A stretch of DNA of 64,000 nt, from contig JABVCE010000011.1 in NCBI GenBank assembly GCA_014905635.1, positions 1,116,001 to 1,180,000 of the forward strand, written 5' to 3'. Positions 49,509-60,367 of the stretch are shown here, one piece after another. Made by a program: the position numbers and the translations under genes. The number at the start of each line of letters is the position of its first letter. Position 1 is the first letter of the stretch. The notes under the pieces are model-generated. The model saw only the letters and a list, made by a program, of their open reading frames with translations, did not search any database and was not told the DNA's origin. The DNA is from Scenedesmus sp. PABB004 (taxonomy: Eukaryota).

Positions 49509-50158
49509 TCACGCCGGCCCGCCGCCGGCCTTGCTGCGACGCCCGGTGGCGCCGCCCGCGCTGCGCGCGGTCGTGGCCACCTCCAGCTTGCGCCGCCAGT
49601 CGGCGGCCTCCTTGGCCGCCTCCGCCACCTGCGCCGAGGCGGCGCGGGTGTCGGCGCGCGGGGCGGCGCGCCGTCCTGCAAGCCGCGCGCGCGTGCCGCA
49701 GCGGCGATTTGAATCGCAGCCCGACAGCTGCGAGCCCGCGCCTGGTGCTTGAGCTTGATGTACTCCATGATCTGCGGGCTCTCCCTGCGCGCAGCGGCCC
49801 CCGGCCCCCGGCCGCAGCTTGGGGCGCCGCCACCGTGGCGGCGCGCCGCAGCGCAGCGCGCCCCCCGCGGCGCGCGCGCGCGCCGCCGCTGCCGCGCTCA
49901 CGAGCCCTTGGTCGCCGCGGCCACGCGGCGGAAGCTCGCCGCCGCCGCGGTCGTCTGCGCGGACGTGCGCGCGTAGTCGGCGCCGAAGCCCTCGAGCTCG
50001 CGCTGCCGCGCCGCCAGGCTGCCCCGCAGCGTCGCGCCCTGGCTCGCCAGCGCCGCCAGGCGGCCCTTGACGTCGTTCAGCACCTGGCGCCGCCCCGCAG
50101 CCCCGGCGGCGGGGGCGCCGCGGCCTGAGCGCCCTGCCGAGCGCCGCGCCCGCAGCCC

Positions 50159-50189
<31 letters not shown>

Positions 50190-51621
50190 GCGCCTGCACG
50201 GTGCGGCCGGTCGAGAGCTTGAGCTCCAGCAGCTCCTTGTTCTTTGCGTCGATGCGCTCCAGGTGCTGCTGGTTCTCGATCTTGAGCTGATCAAAGTCGA
50301 CCAGGTGCAGCACCTGCAGCCGGGGCGCGTTGCCGTGGAGCGGCGCGGGCGGACAGGCGGCGAGCGCGCGCGGCGCACCGCGCTGCTGGCGCGCGCGCGA
50401 GGGCTCGCCGCCCGCTCACCTCGCCCGTCTGCTCCTTGTGCGCGAGCTGCGCCTCGAGCTTGGCGATGGCGGCCTTGTAGGTCGAGTTTTTGAGTGCCAG
50501 CTTCTCGACCAGCACCTCCTTGGCGTGCAGCTTGTCCTCGAAGAACCTGCGCCGCCGCCGCACCGGCCGTGACTCCACGCGCCGCCGCGTCCGCTGCGCG
50601 TGCTGCCGCCGGCCGCGCGCCGCTGGCCGCGCCGCGCGCCGCCGCCGCACGCCGCCGCCGCGCGCCGCCGCGGCGCACCGGATGGCCTTGTCGGCGTTGG
50701 TCTTGCCCGTGCGCGGGTCCTCGCCGGCGACGATGACGTCGCGCTTGAACTCGTAGGTGTCCTTCTTGGCCTCGCCGATGCGCAGGTCCAACTGGCGCGC
50801 CGCCGGCGGCCGGCGCGCGCGCGGGGCGCACCGTCGGCGGCAAGCCAGCAGGCCTGGCAGGGCGCAGGGGGCGCGCTGCGGTCCGGCAGGGCGCGCGGCG
50901 GGCGCGCCGCACCTCCTCCATGAGAGTGGTGATGTCCTCCACGTCCTTGTCGCCCGCGGCACGCGTCTGGCGGGCACGGCAGCCAGCCGGGCGGCGGTCA
51001 GGCCGCGGCGGTCAGGCGGCGGCGGTGAGGCTGTGCGACTGCGCGCGCCTGCTCGATTTCGGCCTGCAGCGCCTCGATGGCCTGGCTCACGATGTCGCCC
51101 TTCTCGTCGTCTGTGAGCCGCGGCGCCTCGTCGGGCGCTGCCTCCGACTCCTCCTTCCGCCGCCGGCCGCCGCGGCCCTTCTGCGCGCGCGGCCGGCGGC
51201 GCTCGGACCAGGCGCTGCGGCCGGCGCGGGTGCGCGGGTGCGCGGCCGTCGCGTCCTTCCAGGCAGCCGGCTCACCCGGGCGGTCTGCTGCTCCTGCTGC
51301 GCCGCCAGGCCCTGCTCGTCCGCCTGCGCCGCGCGCGCCGCGGTGAGCCAGCGGGGCGCGCGCTCCGCGCTGCCAGCAACCCAGGTGCCCACGCCCACCT
51401 TGAGCAGGAAGGCCTCCAGCAGCTTGTTCTCCCGCCGCACCTGCTCGATCTGCTGCCGCTGCGCGCGGCGCGGCGCGGCGCGGCGCGGCGCGGCGCGGCC
51501 CGGCCGCAGGGTGAGCCGGGGACCCGCGTACGCTGGCCGGGCTGGAGGTGCGGGTGAGCCACCCGCTTCGCACCAGGGCCACGACCTGCTCGTCCAGGGG
51601 CGCCTCTGGTTCGGCCTCCAT
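49509..51621 (-). CDS. CCDC113: CCDC113/CFAP263 (DUF4201) coiled-coil axonemal protein, multi-exon
   Basis: YEFKRDVIV, KLALKN, QLAHKEQTGEVLHLVDFDQLKIENQQHLERIDAKNKELLELK, PQIMEYI and WRRKLEVA. Confidence 0.85.
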
Positions 51622-51940
51622 CGCCCGGCCCGACCAGCCGCGCGCCCGGGCGAGCTGAGGGCTGGAAAAGGGGCCGGCAGTTGTAATGTCGGCCGGGCGA
51701 GCTGCTGGTGCGAACGCGCCACGCGGCGTGCAGCAGGCGAGCGGCGGGAGCAGCGCGACTGCTGCTGCGCGAGCTGTTTGTTTGGCGCTCGGCGACTGGC
51801 AGCTGGGGACACGCTGCGGCGACGTGGGGGAGTCGGAGAGCTGTGGGAGACGCAGGGGGAGCGAGGCGCGTTACCCGCCGGTGACCGGCAGCGGCGGTCA
51901 ACGCCCGGTCAGCGCACCGCGTTGCACCCGGTGCCGCCGC

Positions 51941-54063
51941 TCAATAGCCGTACCCCGGCGGCGCCCCGTAGCCCGGCGGCGGCCCGTAGCCGGGCGGCGG
52001 CCCGTAGCCGGGCGGCGGCCCGTAGCCGGGCGGCGGCCCGTAGCCGGGCGGCGGCCCATACCCCGGCGGCGGGCCGTAGGCCCCGTAGCCCGGCGGCGGG
52101 CCCCACGCGGCGCGCGGCGGCGGGCGCGACGACATCACCGGCTCGCCCAGGCCCGCGGCCGCTTCGCGCGCGGCAGCGTGGTGCGCGTGCTCCCAGTCCA
52201 GCGCTGCGGGGCGCGGCGGCCGAGACGCGGCGGGCGTGAGCAGGCGCGGGCGCGGCGGCAGCGACGGCAGCAGCGACGGCAGCGGTCGCGGCCCCGCCGC
52301 GCGCCACGCACCCGTGACGGGGTGGTGCGGGTCCAGCATCTGCGGCTCCCGCTCCGGCAGCGGCTTCGGCGACGCGGGCGGCGGGCTGCCCGGCCCCGCG
52401 GCTGCGGGCCCCGCCGCGGCGCCCGGCGCCGCCGCCCCCGCCGCGCCCGGCTCCGGCGACGCCGCCGGCGCCGCGCCCGGCGCCGAGCCCGCCGCGCCGC
52501 CCGACGGCGGGCCGCTGCCGTGGTGCGGCGCCGCGGCGCCGGGCGCGTCGGGCGGCGGGCCGCGCGGGTCGCGCATGAAGTCCCAGTTGCTCCCGTTCAT
52601 GGTCCGTATGCTCACGTCCGCGTGCGTGCTGAAGTCGACCCGCAGCTGCGCGCGCACGCGGCGGCGGCGGCGGCGGCGGGGTCGCGCGCGCGGGAGGGGA
52701 GGGAGGGGAACTGCGGGGCCGGGCGCGCCGGACGGCGCGCCGCCGGGCGCGCGCGCGCGCGGGCCCGCGCCTTGTTGGCGCCGCCCGGGTACATGTGGTG
52801 GCCGTCGAGGCACTGCTTGGCCATCGCGGCGGCCGCGCGGTCCGCGTACTGCACCAGCGCCTGCGACCACCCGAGCGGCGCGCCGGCGGCGCCGGCGGCG
52901 GCGGCGTGGGGCGTGGGGCGCCGCGCGCCACCCGGCGCAGCGCGCGCTCGCGCGGCGGCCGGCGCTCGCGGCGGCGCGCACCTGCCACCGCCCGCTGCGG
53001 TCAAAGACCGTCATTTTGTGCACGAAGCCGTACGTGACGAAGATCTGGTGCATCGCCGTCAGCGTGGGCGTGTACATGACGTCGTCGATCAGCACCAGCA
53101 GGATCGTGCCGTACCCGCCGCCGCCGCCGTAGCCGGGGTGGCCCGCCGGCGCGCCGTACCCCGGCGGCGGCCCGTACCCCGGCGGCGCGCCGTAGCCCGG
53201 CGGCGCGCCGTACGCCGCCGCCGCCTGCGCCTGCGCCGCCGCGGCCGCCTGCGCCGCCGCCGCCGCGGGGTCGTACGCGCCCGCCGCCGGCTGCGGTGCC
53301 GCCTGCGCCGCGCCCGCGTAGCCGTACGGCGCCTGCTGCTGCGGCACCGCCGCCGGGGCCGCGCCCGTCTCGGGCAGGGCGCCGGGCGGCACGGTGTAGT
53401 CTCTGGCGCGGCGGACGCGGCGGACGCGGCGGACGCAGCGGCGGTGGGACGGGCGCCTCGGCGCTGCGGCGCACTGCGCGGCCGCGCCTTGCATCCGCCG
53501 CCGCCGAACCTGCTGCGCGGGCCCTGGCTGCGGATCTGCACGTCCGGGTGGTCGCTGTGTGACACCTTCATGAGTATGCGGCTGGGGTGCCGCGGCACGA
53601 GGTGGTCCGGGATCGCGCTGCCGTCGAGCGTGGCCTGCGCCTCGGCCGCGGTCGCGGGGTCCGCAAACTGCACGAGCGCCTGCAGGCCGCCGCCCTTCTC
53701 AAACATCGCGATCTTGGCGACGTCGCCAAAGGCCTGGCACAGCATGTGGATCGTCTCGATCGTCGGCCCCAGCGCCACCTGGGCCCCAGCACGGCGGCGC
53801 GCGGCGCGCGTGAGCGGCGGCGCGCCGCCGCGGCCGTGGGGCTGGCGACGCGGGCGGGGCTCACGTGCACGCCGTCCATGATGATGAGCAGCACCGCGGT
53901 GTTGGCGTTGGCGGTCGCGCCGCCCCACATGGCGTTGCCGCTGCCGATCTCCTGGCGCGTCGAGTACTGCAGGTGCACCGTCTTGCCCTTGACCTGCGGC
54001 GCGGCGCGGCGCGGCGCGGCGCGCGCGTCGGCGCGGCAGGGGCCGGGCCCTGCGCCGCTGCCG

Positions 54064-54110
<47 letters not shown>

Positions 54111-54588
54111 GCCGCCGCGTGCCGGCTGCCCGCCCCGCCGCCGCCGCGTCAGCAGCAGCTGGCCGCCGCCGGCGCCGCACCTTGGGCGAGTTGTCGGTGC
54201 CGACGAAGCTGTAGACCATCTTCATCGCCACGTTGACGTTCTCAAACTCCACAAAGGCTTGGTTTAACGACTGCGTCGTCTGGTTGCCGACGCTGAGCTT
54301 CGTCTTGACGACGCGGCCGAAGCGCGAGCAGAGCTCCAGCACATCCTCCTCCGTCGCGTCCGGCGGCAGGTTGCGGATGTGCACCACCTGCGCGACGCAG
54401 CGCGGGGCGGTGGGCGGCGCGGCCGCCTTTGCAGCGCTGCTGCCGCGGCGTCTGCCGCGGCGCTGCTGCCGCGGCGCTGCTGCCGCGGCGCTGCTGCCGC
54501 GGCGCTGCAGCGCTGCTCCTGCTGCTGCGCGGCGCCGCGCCTTTGAGGGCGGCTGGTTGGCCCTGAAGTTGTCCCGGTTCATCGACAT
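51941..54588 (-). CDS. PTB: PTB/hnRNP-L family RRM protein with PPGYG repeats
   Basis: PPSKVVHIRNLP, NQAFVEF, LQYSTRQEI, FGDVAKIAMFEKGGGLQALVQF and a third RRM (YGFVHKMTVFDRSGRWQALVQY). Confidence 0.88.
51948..52104. repeat. 18-bp coding minisatellite encoding (PPPGYG)n at the PTB-like C-terminus
   Basis: Unit CCGTAGCCGGGCGGCGGC with variants, repeated in tandem. Confidence 0.9.
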
Positions 54589-55164
54589 GGCTGCTGCTCC
54601 TCTTCACGCGCCCGCATCAACGGGAGGCCCCACCGCCGCGCCGCGCCCCCGCCGCGCCGCCGCTGTCTTCGCCGTCGTCGGCCAGGTGCTGCCGCCTCGA
54701 TGGCGGGCGTGCGGTCGCGCGCTGCCGGGAGGGTGTGCGGGGGCTCTGCGGTGCTCTCCACGCGACCAGGGCGTCCCTGGTGCTCGCACCGGGGTATTGG
54801 CAGGCTTGTTCTGCTGCGATTGAACGCGAGCTGCCGCGGTGCCGGACCGCCGCGCCCCGCCGCCGCGCCCACACTCAGCGCTGCCCGTCCCCCGCCCGCA
54901 TCGGCGCCCGCAGCCGCACCGCGCGCGGCGCACCACAACCGGCGCCAGGGCCTCCCCCGTCTGCCCCCCGCCCAGCCGCCCGGGCGCGCCCCCGCCACTC
55001 GCGGCGCCCCGACCCCGGCCATCCCCGCCGGCTTCCGTGCCCGCCCGCGCCGCGGCAGCGCCAGCGGCAGGGCAGCCGGGCCGCAGCGGCCGCCGCTGCG
55101 CGCTCCGCCCGCTGTGCTCGCCCGCGCGCCGCAGCCGCAGCCCGCGCCCCCGCGCCCGGCCGTT

Positions 55165-56978
55165 ATGGAGGCGCTCGCGCACGGCGAGGATGTGGCGGGC
55201 CAGGACCAGCAGATGGTGGAGGAGGCGGGCGGGCCCGCGCCGCTCACCGTGCTGCAGGTGCGCGACGCGCCGCGCGGCGGCGGCGCCAGTCGTTCGACGC
55301 CGCCGCCGCGGCCGCCGCCCGGCCCGCCCGCCCGCGCGGACCGCTCTCACGCCATGCGCGCGGGGCGCGCGCGCAGGCGCACGGCGTGCCCGCCGCCGAC
55401 ATCAAGAAGCTGATGGACGGCGGCGTGCACACGCTCGAGGCGCTCGCGCACGCGCCCAAGCGCGAGCTCACCGCCATCAAGGGCCTCAGCGAGGCCAAGG
55501 TGGAGAAGCTGCAGAACGCGGGTGCGCGCGCCGCCCGCGCGCGCCGCTGCCGCCGCCTGCCTGCGCGGGCCCACACGCCGCCGCGCCGCCGCCGCGCCGC
55601 CGCGCCGCAGCCTGGAAGCTCGTGCCGATGGGCTTCACCACCGCCTCCATCGTGGCGGAGCAGCGCGCGGAGCTCATCAAGGTCACGACCGGCTGCAAGG
55701 AGCTCGACAACATCCTCGAGGGTGCGCGCCGTTTGCATGCGCCGAGGCGCGCGGCCTCCTGCAAGCCGGGCCGCGGCCGGCACGCCGCTGCGGCCGGCAC
55801 GCCGCTGCGGCCGCCCCGCGCGCCCGCCGCTCGGCGCCGAGGCCGCGCCCGCGCCCGCCGCCGCGGCGCGGCGCGGCGCGCGCAGGCGGCATCGAGACCG
55901 GCAGCATCACTGAGATGTACGGCGAGTTCCGCAGCGGCAAGACGCAGCTCTGCCACACGCTCTGCGTCACCTGCCAGGTGCGCGCCGGCTGCTGGCGCGG
56001 CGCATCGTGGGGCCGGCGCAGCCGCGCAGCGCCATGCCGCGCTCACGCGCGCCCCGCGCCGCCCCGCTCCGCAGCTGCCCATCGACATGGGCGGCGCCGA
56101 GGGCAAGGCGCTCTACATCGACACCGAGGGCACCTTCCGGCCGCAGCGCCTCGCGCAGATCGCGGAGCGGTGCGCGGCGCGCGCGCGCGCGCGTGGGGCC
56201 TTGCAGGAGACGCGCGCGGCGCGTGCAGGGGCCTTGCAGGACGCGCGCCGCGCGCCGCGCGCTGCGCGGCGGCAAGCGCTCACGCGGCCGGCACGACCCC
56301 GCGCGGCGCAGGTACAACCTGAGCGTGAGCGACGTGCTCGACAACGTGGCGTACGCGCGCGCACACAACACGGAGCACCAGTGCAACCTGCTGCAGGTGG
56401 CCGGCGCGCGCGTGCGCCTGCACGTGTCCACGCATGCCCCGGGCGCCGCTCACGCCGCTCACGCCGCCCCCGCGCCAGGCGGCGGCGGGCATGATGGCGG
56501 AGAGCCGCTTCGCGCTCGTGGTCGTCGACAGCGCGACCGCGCTGTACCGCAGCGAGTACAACGGCCGCGGCGAGCTCGCGGCGCGCCAGATCCAGCTCGG
56601 CCGCTTCCTGCGCGCGCTCGCGAAGCTCGCGGACGAGTTTGGCGTCGCCGTGGTGGTCAGCAACCAGGTGCGGGCGCGCGGCGGCGGCGCGCGCGGCGTG
56701 GGGGGCGGGCCCCCGGCGCCGACGGCGGCCCGCGCCGCGCCGCGCCGCGTGCTGCACAGGTGGTGGCCGCCAACCTCGACGGCGGCGCGATGTTTGCGGG
56801 GCCGTCGGTCAAGCCGATCGGCGGCAACATCATGGCCCACGCGACGACGACGCGGCTGTGGGTGAAGAAGGGGCGCGGCGAGAACCGCATCGTCAAGATC
56901 GTCGCCTCGCCGTCCCTGCCCGAGCGCGAGGCGACGTTTGGCATCGGCGCCGAGGGCGTGACCGACGCCAAGGACTGA
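55165..56978 (+). CDS. RAD51: RAD51 recombinase, multi-exon
   Basis: [71 protein letters not shown] and [16 protein letters not shown]. Confidence 0.95.
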
Positions 56979-57408
56979 GCGCGCCAAGGACTGACGCGCG
57001 GTGGCGCGGCGGCGCGAGGCGCGCGCGCGATCCGGCGGCGGGCGCGCGGCGCGCGCGTGATCAGCGGGGGGCAGCGGCAGCGTGCACTGGGCTCGGGCGG
57101 CGGCGGCGGCGGCAGCGCATTTCTCTCGCTCGGTGGTGACCGGCACAGGCGCGGAGGCGGTGTGACCGCTCCTGAGCAGCCGGCGGCAGCCGCGCGGTCC
57201 CCGCCGCATCGACCGAGGCCGCCCGTGTGACGCGGTTTGCCAGCGGCTGCGCCGCCGACGGTCCGGCGCGCTGACCAGCCGCCGCCGTGCCGGACGCGCC
57301 CTCCCTTGCGGTGTCGAGTGGCAGCGCCTGGAGCTCCCCCCGCCAGCCCCGCGCCAACCCCCGGTTGTCGGGCAACCGCCTTGCTGCTCTCGCCTTGCTC
57401 GCGAGAAA

Positions 57409-59869
57409 ATGGGGGAGCTGGTGCTGGAGCGCGACACGCTCTTCAAGCGCCTGCGCAGCAAGCCGGAGAACAAGGCGAGGCGCAGGGGAGGGGCCGCGGG
57501 CGCTGGGCATGGGCTCCGGCACTGGGGGCCGCCTCCCGGCGCCGGCGGGCGCGCCCGCGGGCCGCCGCGCCGCCTGGGGTGCGTGGCAGGTCAGTGTGCG
57601 GGCGTTGGACCATCGCCCCGGCCGCCGGCGCAGGTCTGCTTCGACTGCCCGGCCAAAAATCCCACCTGGGCGAGCGTGCCCTACGGCGTCTACATCTGCC
57701 TCGCCTGCGCCGGCATCCACCGCAGCCTGGGCGTCCACGTCAGCTTCGTGCGCTCCACGACGCTGGACACATGGACGGAGGACCAGCTGCGGGTGCGCGG
57801 CGCGCCGGCGCGCGCGCCGCTGCTGCTGCGCCGTCTGTTGGCGCCGCCGCGCGCCGCGCCGGCGCGCGCGCCGCTGCTGCTGCGCCGTCTGTTGGCGCCG
57901 CCGCGCGCCGCGCCGGCGCCAGCGCGGCCGGCGCGGCCGGCGCGGCCGTCGGCCGCGCCCGCCGGCGCGCGGGGCGGCCCCCGACGCGCCGCGGGGCGCG
58001 CCGCGCGTGCGCAGCTCATGGCCGTCGGCGGCAACCACAAGGCGCGCCAGTTCTTCAAGCAGCACGGCTGGGATGACATCGGCTCGGACAAGATCGAGGG
58101 CAAGGTGCGCGCCGGCGGCGGGCGGCCAGCGCCGCGCAGCGGCCGGCGCCGTGGCGGCGGCTCCGGCGGGCTCTGGCACGCAGCCGCCAGCAGCGGCCGC
58201 GCCGCGGGCGCACGCGCGCGCACCCCGCCCGACCTGCCCCGCCGCCGCCGCCGCAGTACACGTCGCGCGCGGCGCAGCTGTACCGGCAGCAGCTGACCAA
58301 GGACGCGGACAAGCTCGCCAGCACGCCCGCGGCGGCGAGCGTGCTCGCGCCCGAGGCCGGCGTCGGCGCCGCAGCGGCGGCGGCGACCGCAGCAGCAGCA
58401 GCCGGCGGCCTGAAGCCCGTGGGCGTGTCGACCAGCAAGCCGGGTGCGAGGCGGGCGCTGCGCCAGCAGCTGCGGGCGCGCCAGGCGCGCCCGGCGCGCC
58501 AGGCGCCAGCTGCAGCCGCGCCCGCCGCCGACCGACCACGGCCCGGCCGCCGCGCGCCGCCGCCCGCGCCGCAGCGTCGCGGCTGGTGCAGCCGCGCAAG
58601 CCCGGCGGCAAGCTGGGCGGCGGGCTGGGCGTGAAGAAGCTGGACGCGCGCGTGGACGAGGGGCTCTTTGAGCAGGCGCCCGCGGCGCCGGAGCCGGTCA
58701 AGGCGCCCGCGCCCGTGGCGCCCGCGGTGGCCGCGGCGGCCGAGGCGGACAAGCCCAGCACGAGCAGCCGCTTCGCGTACGACACGCTCACCCAGGTGCG
58801 GCGGGCGACGCCAGCGACTGCCGCAGGGCCGCTCGCGCGCGCGCGCGCGCGCACCGGCGCCGACGCGCGCGCCCCGCGCCGACGCGCGCGCGCCCCGTTC
58901 CCCCCGCCGCCGCCCGCAGGCGCCGGCGGCGGGCGGCGCGTCGTCGTCGTCGGCGGTGCAGCGCGGCAAGGACGGCCACCTCACGCTTGGGCTGAGCAAC
59001 GATGACTTCTTCAAAGACCCCCTCGCGCTCACGCCCGGCCGCACCGGCTCGGGCGGCATCGGCACGCCCAAGGCGGCGTTTGGCGGCAGCAGCGCCGCGT
59101 TTGGCGGCCCCGGCGCCGGCGGCCGCGGCGGCGGCGCGCACGAGGCCGCCGAGCCGCTCGCGCAGAAGCGCTTCGCCAACGCCAAGGCCATCTCGAGCAG
59201 GTGCGCGCGCGTGGGCCCCTGCCGCAGCGGCGCCCCCTCGGCTGCGCGCCGCCGCTGCTCGCGCGCGCGCCCCCTTGCCGGCGCGCGTCGGCCGAGCCGC
59301 GCGCCGCCGGGCGCCGCGCCGCGGCGCGCAGGGACTTCCAGGACAACAGCGGCGAGAGCGACATGGAGAAGCAGGCGCGGCTGTCGCGCTTCACCGGCGC
59401 GTCGGCGATCTCCTCGGACGCCTACTTCAACCGGTGCGCTGCCGGGCGGGCGGGCGGACGCGCGCACGGGCCTCTGCGCCTCCGCGCGAGCCGCGGCCGC
59501 AGCAGCAGCAGGGCGCCGGCGCGCCGCCGACGCCGCGCCGACGCCGCGCCGCGGCGGCCGCGCAGGAGCGACAGCCTCGGCGCCGGCGGCAGCGGCGGCG
59601 GCGGCGGCGGCGGCGTGCCGCCCGGCGCCGACGTGGACATCACCGCGGCGGAGCTCGTCAACCGGCTCTCCTTCCACGTGAGGCCGCCGCGGGGGCTCGC
59701 GCGGCGCGAGCCCTGGCCTGCGCACGCGCCGACACCCGCACCCCGCGCCCCGCGCTGCCCCCTGCAGGCCAAGCAGGACATGGAGCAGGTCAAGGCGATG
59801 GCGGGGACGGCGATCAACCGCCTCTCCAACATGGCTGGGCGGTTCATGAACGACCTGGGCCGGTATTAG
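57409..59869 (+). CDS. ArfGAP of the Glo3/ArfGAP2-3 (AGD8-10) type
   Basis: [48 protein letters not shown] and Glo3 motifs [13 protein letters not shown] and [13 protein letters not shown]. Confidence 0.93.
57801..57908. repeat. 54-bp tandem duplication in an ArfGAP intron
   Basis: Two consecutive copies containing GCTGCTGCTGCGCCGTCTGTTGGCG. Confidence 0.85.
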
Positions 59870-60367
59870 CGGGTGGGGCGCTACTAGCCGGCGCCCGCGC
59901 GCCGGGGCGGCGGTGGGGGCCACATTGCGCCGCGGCGGCGCCGCGGGCGGCGGGCGGCGCGGGCGGGCGGGGCGGGGCGGGGCGCGGCGGGCGGGGACGG
60001 GATCGAGCGCAGGCAGGCGGCGTCTCTCTTGGCGCGGTGACGACAGGCCACAGGCACGGCAGCGCATCGTAAGCCCGTCGCTGGGGCGCGGGCTCAAGCG
60101 AGATGGCGCGCGTCCCTTGGCGCGACCAGCGCGCGGCTCCAGCGCCCTCGCCGCGCGGTCGGCAATTACAGCAGCACACGCGCCACGTCTCGAGCCTGAG
60201 ACGAGGCCCGCGCGCGTCTCATTGCGCGGCAACTGCTGCCCGGTCGCGCCCGCACTCGCCAGCACCGACAGCCCGCACCGTTGCGCCTCGGCGAGCCCGC
60301 AACACAGCCGGGCGACCAGTGCTCCACCAACCACTGCTGCGCGTGCCGCCAGCGCCGCTGCGGGGCG

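Noticed and set aside
51948..52104. CRISPR-like array
   Set aside because: Tandem coding minisatellite with no unique spacers and no cas genes, in a eukaryotic context.
55165..56978. DMC1 assignment
   Set aside because: [17 protein letters not shown] and MMAESRFAL are RAD51-type.
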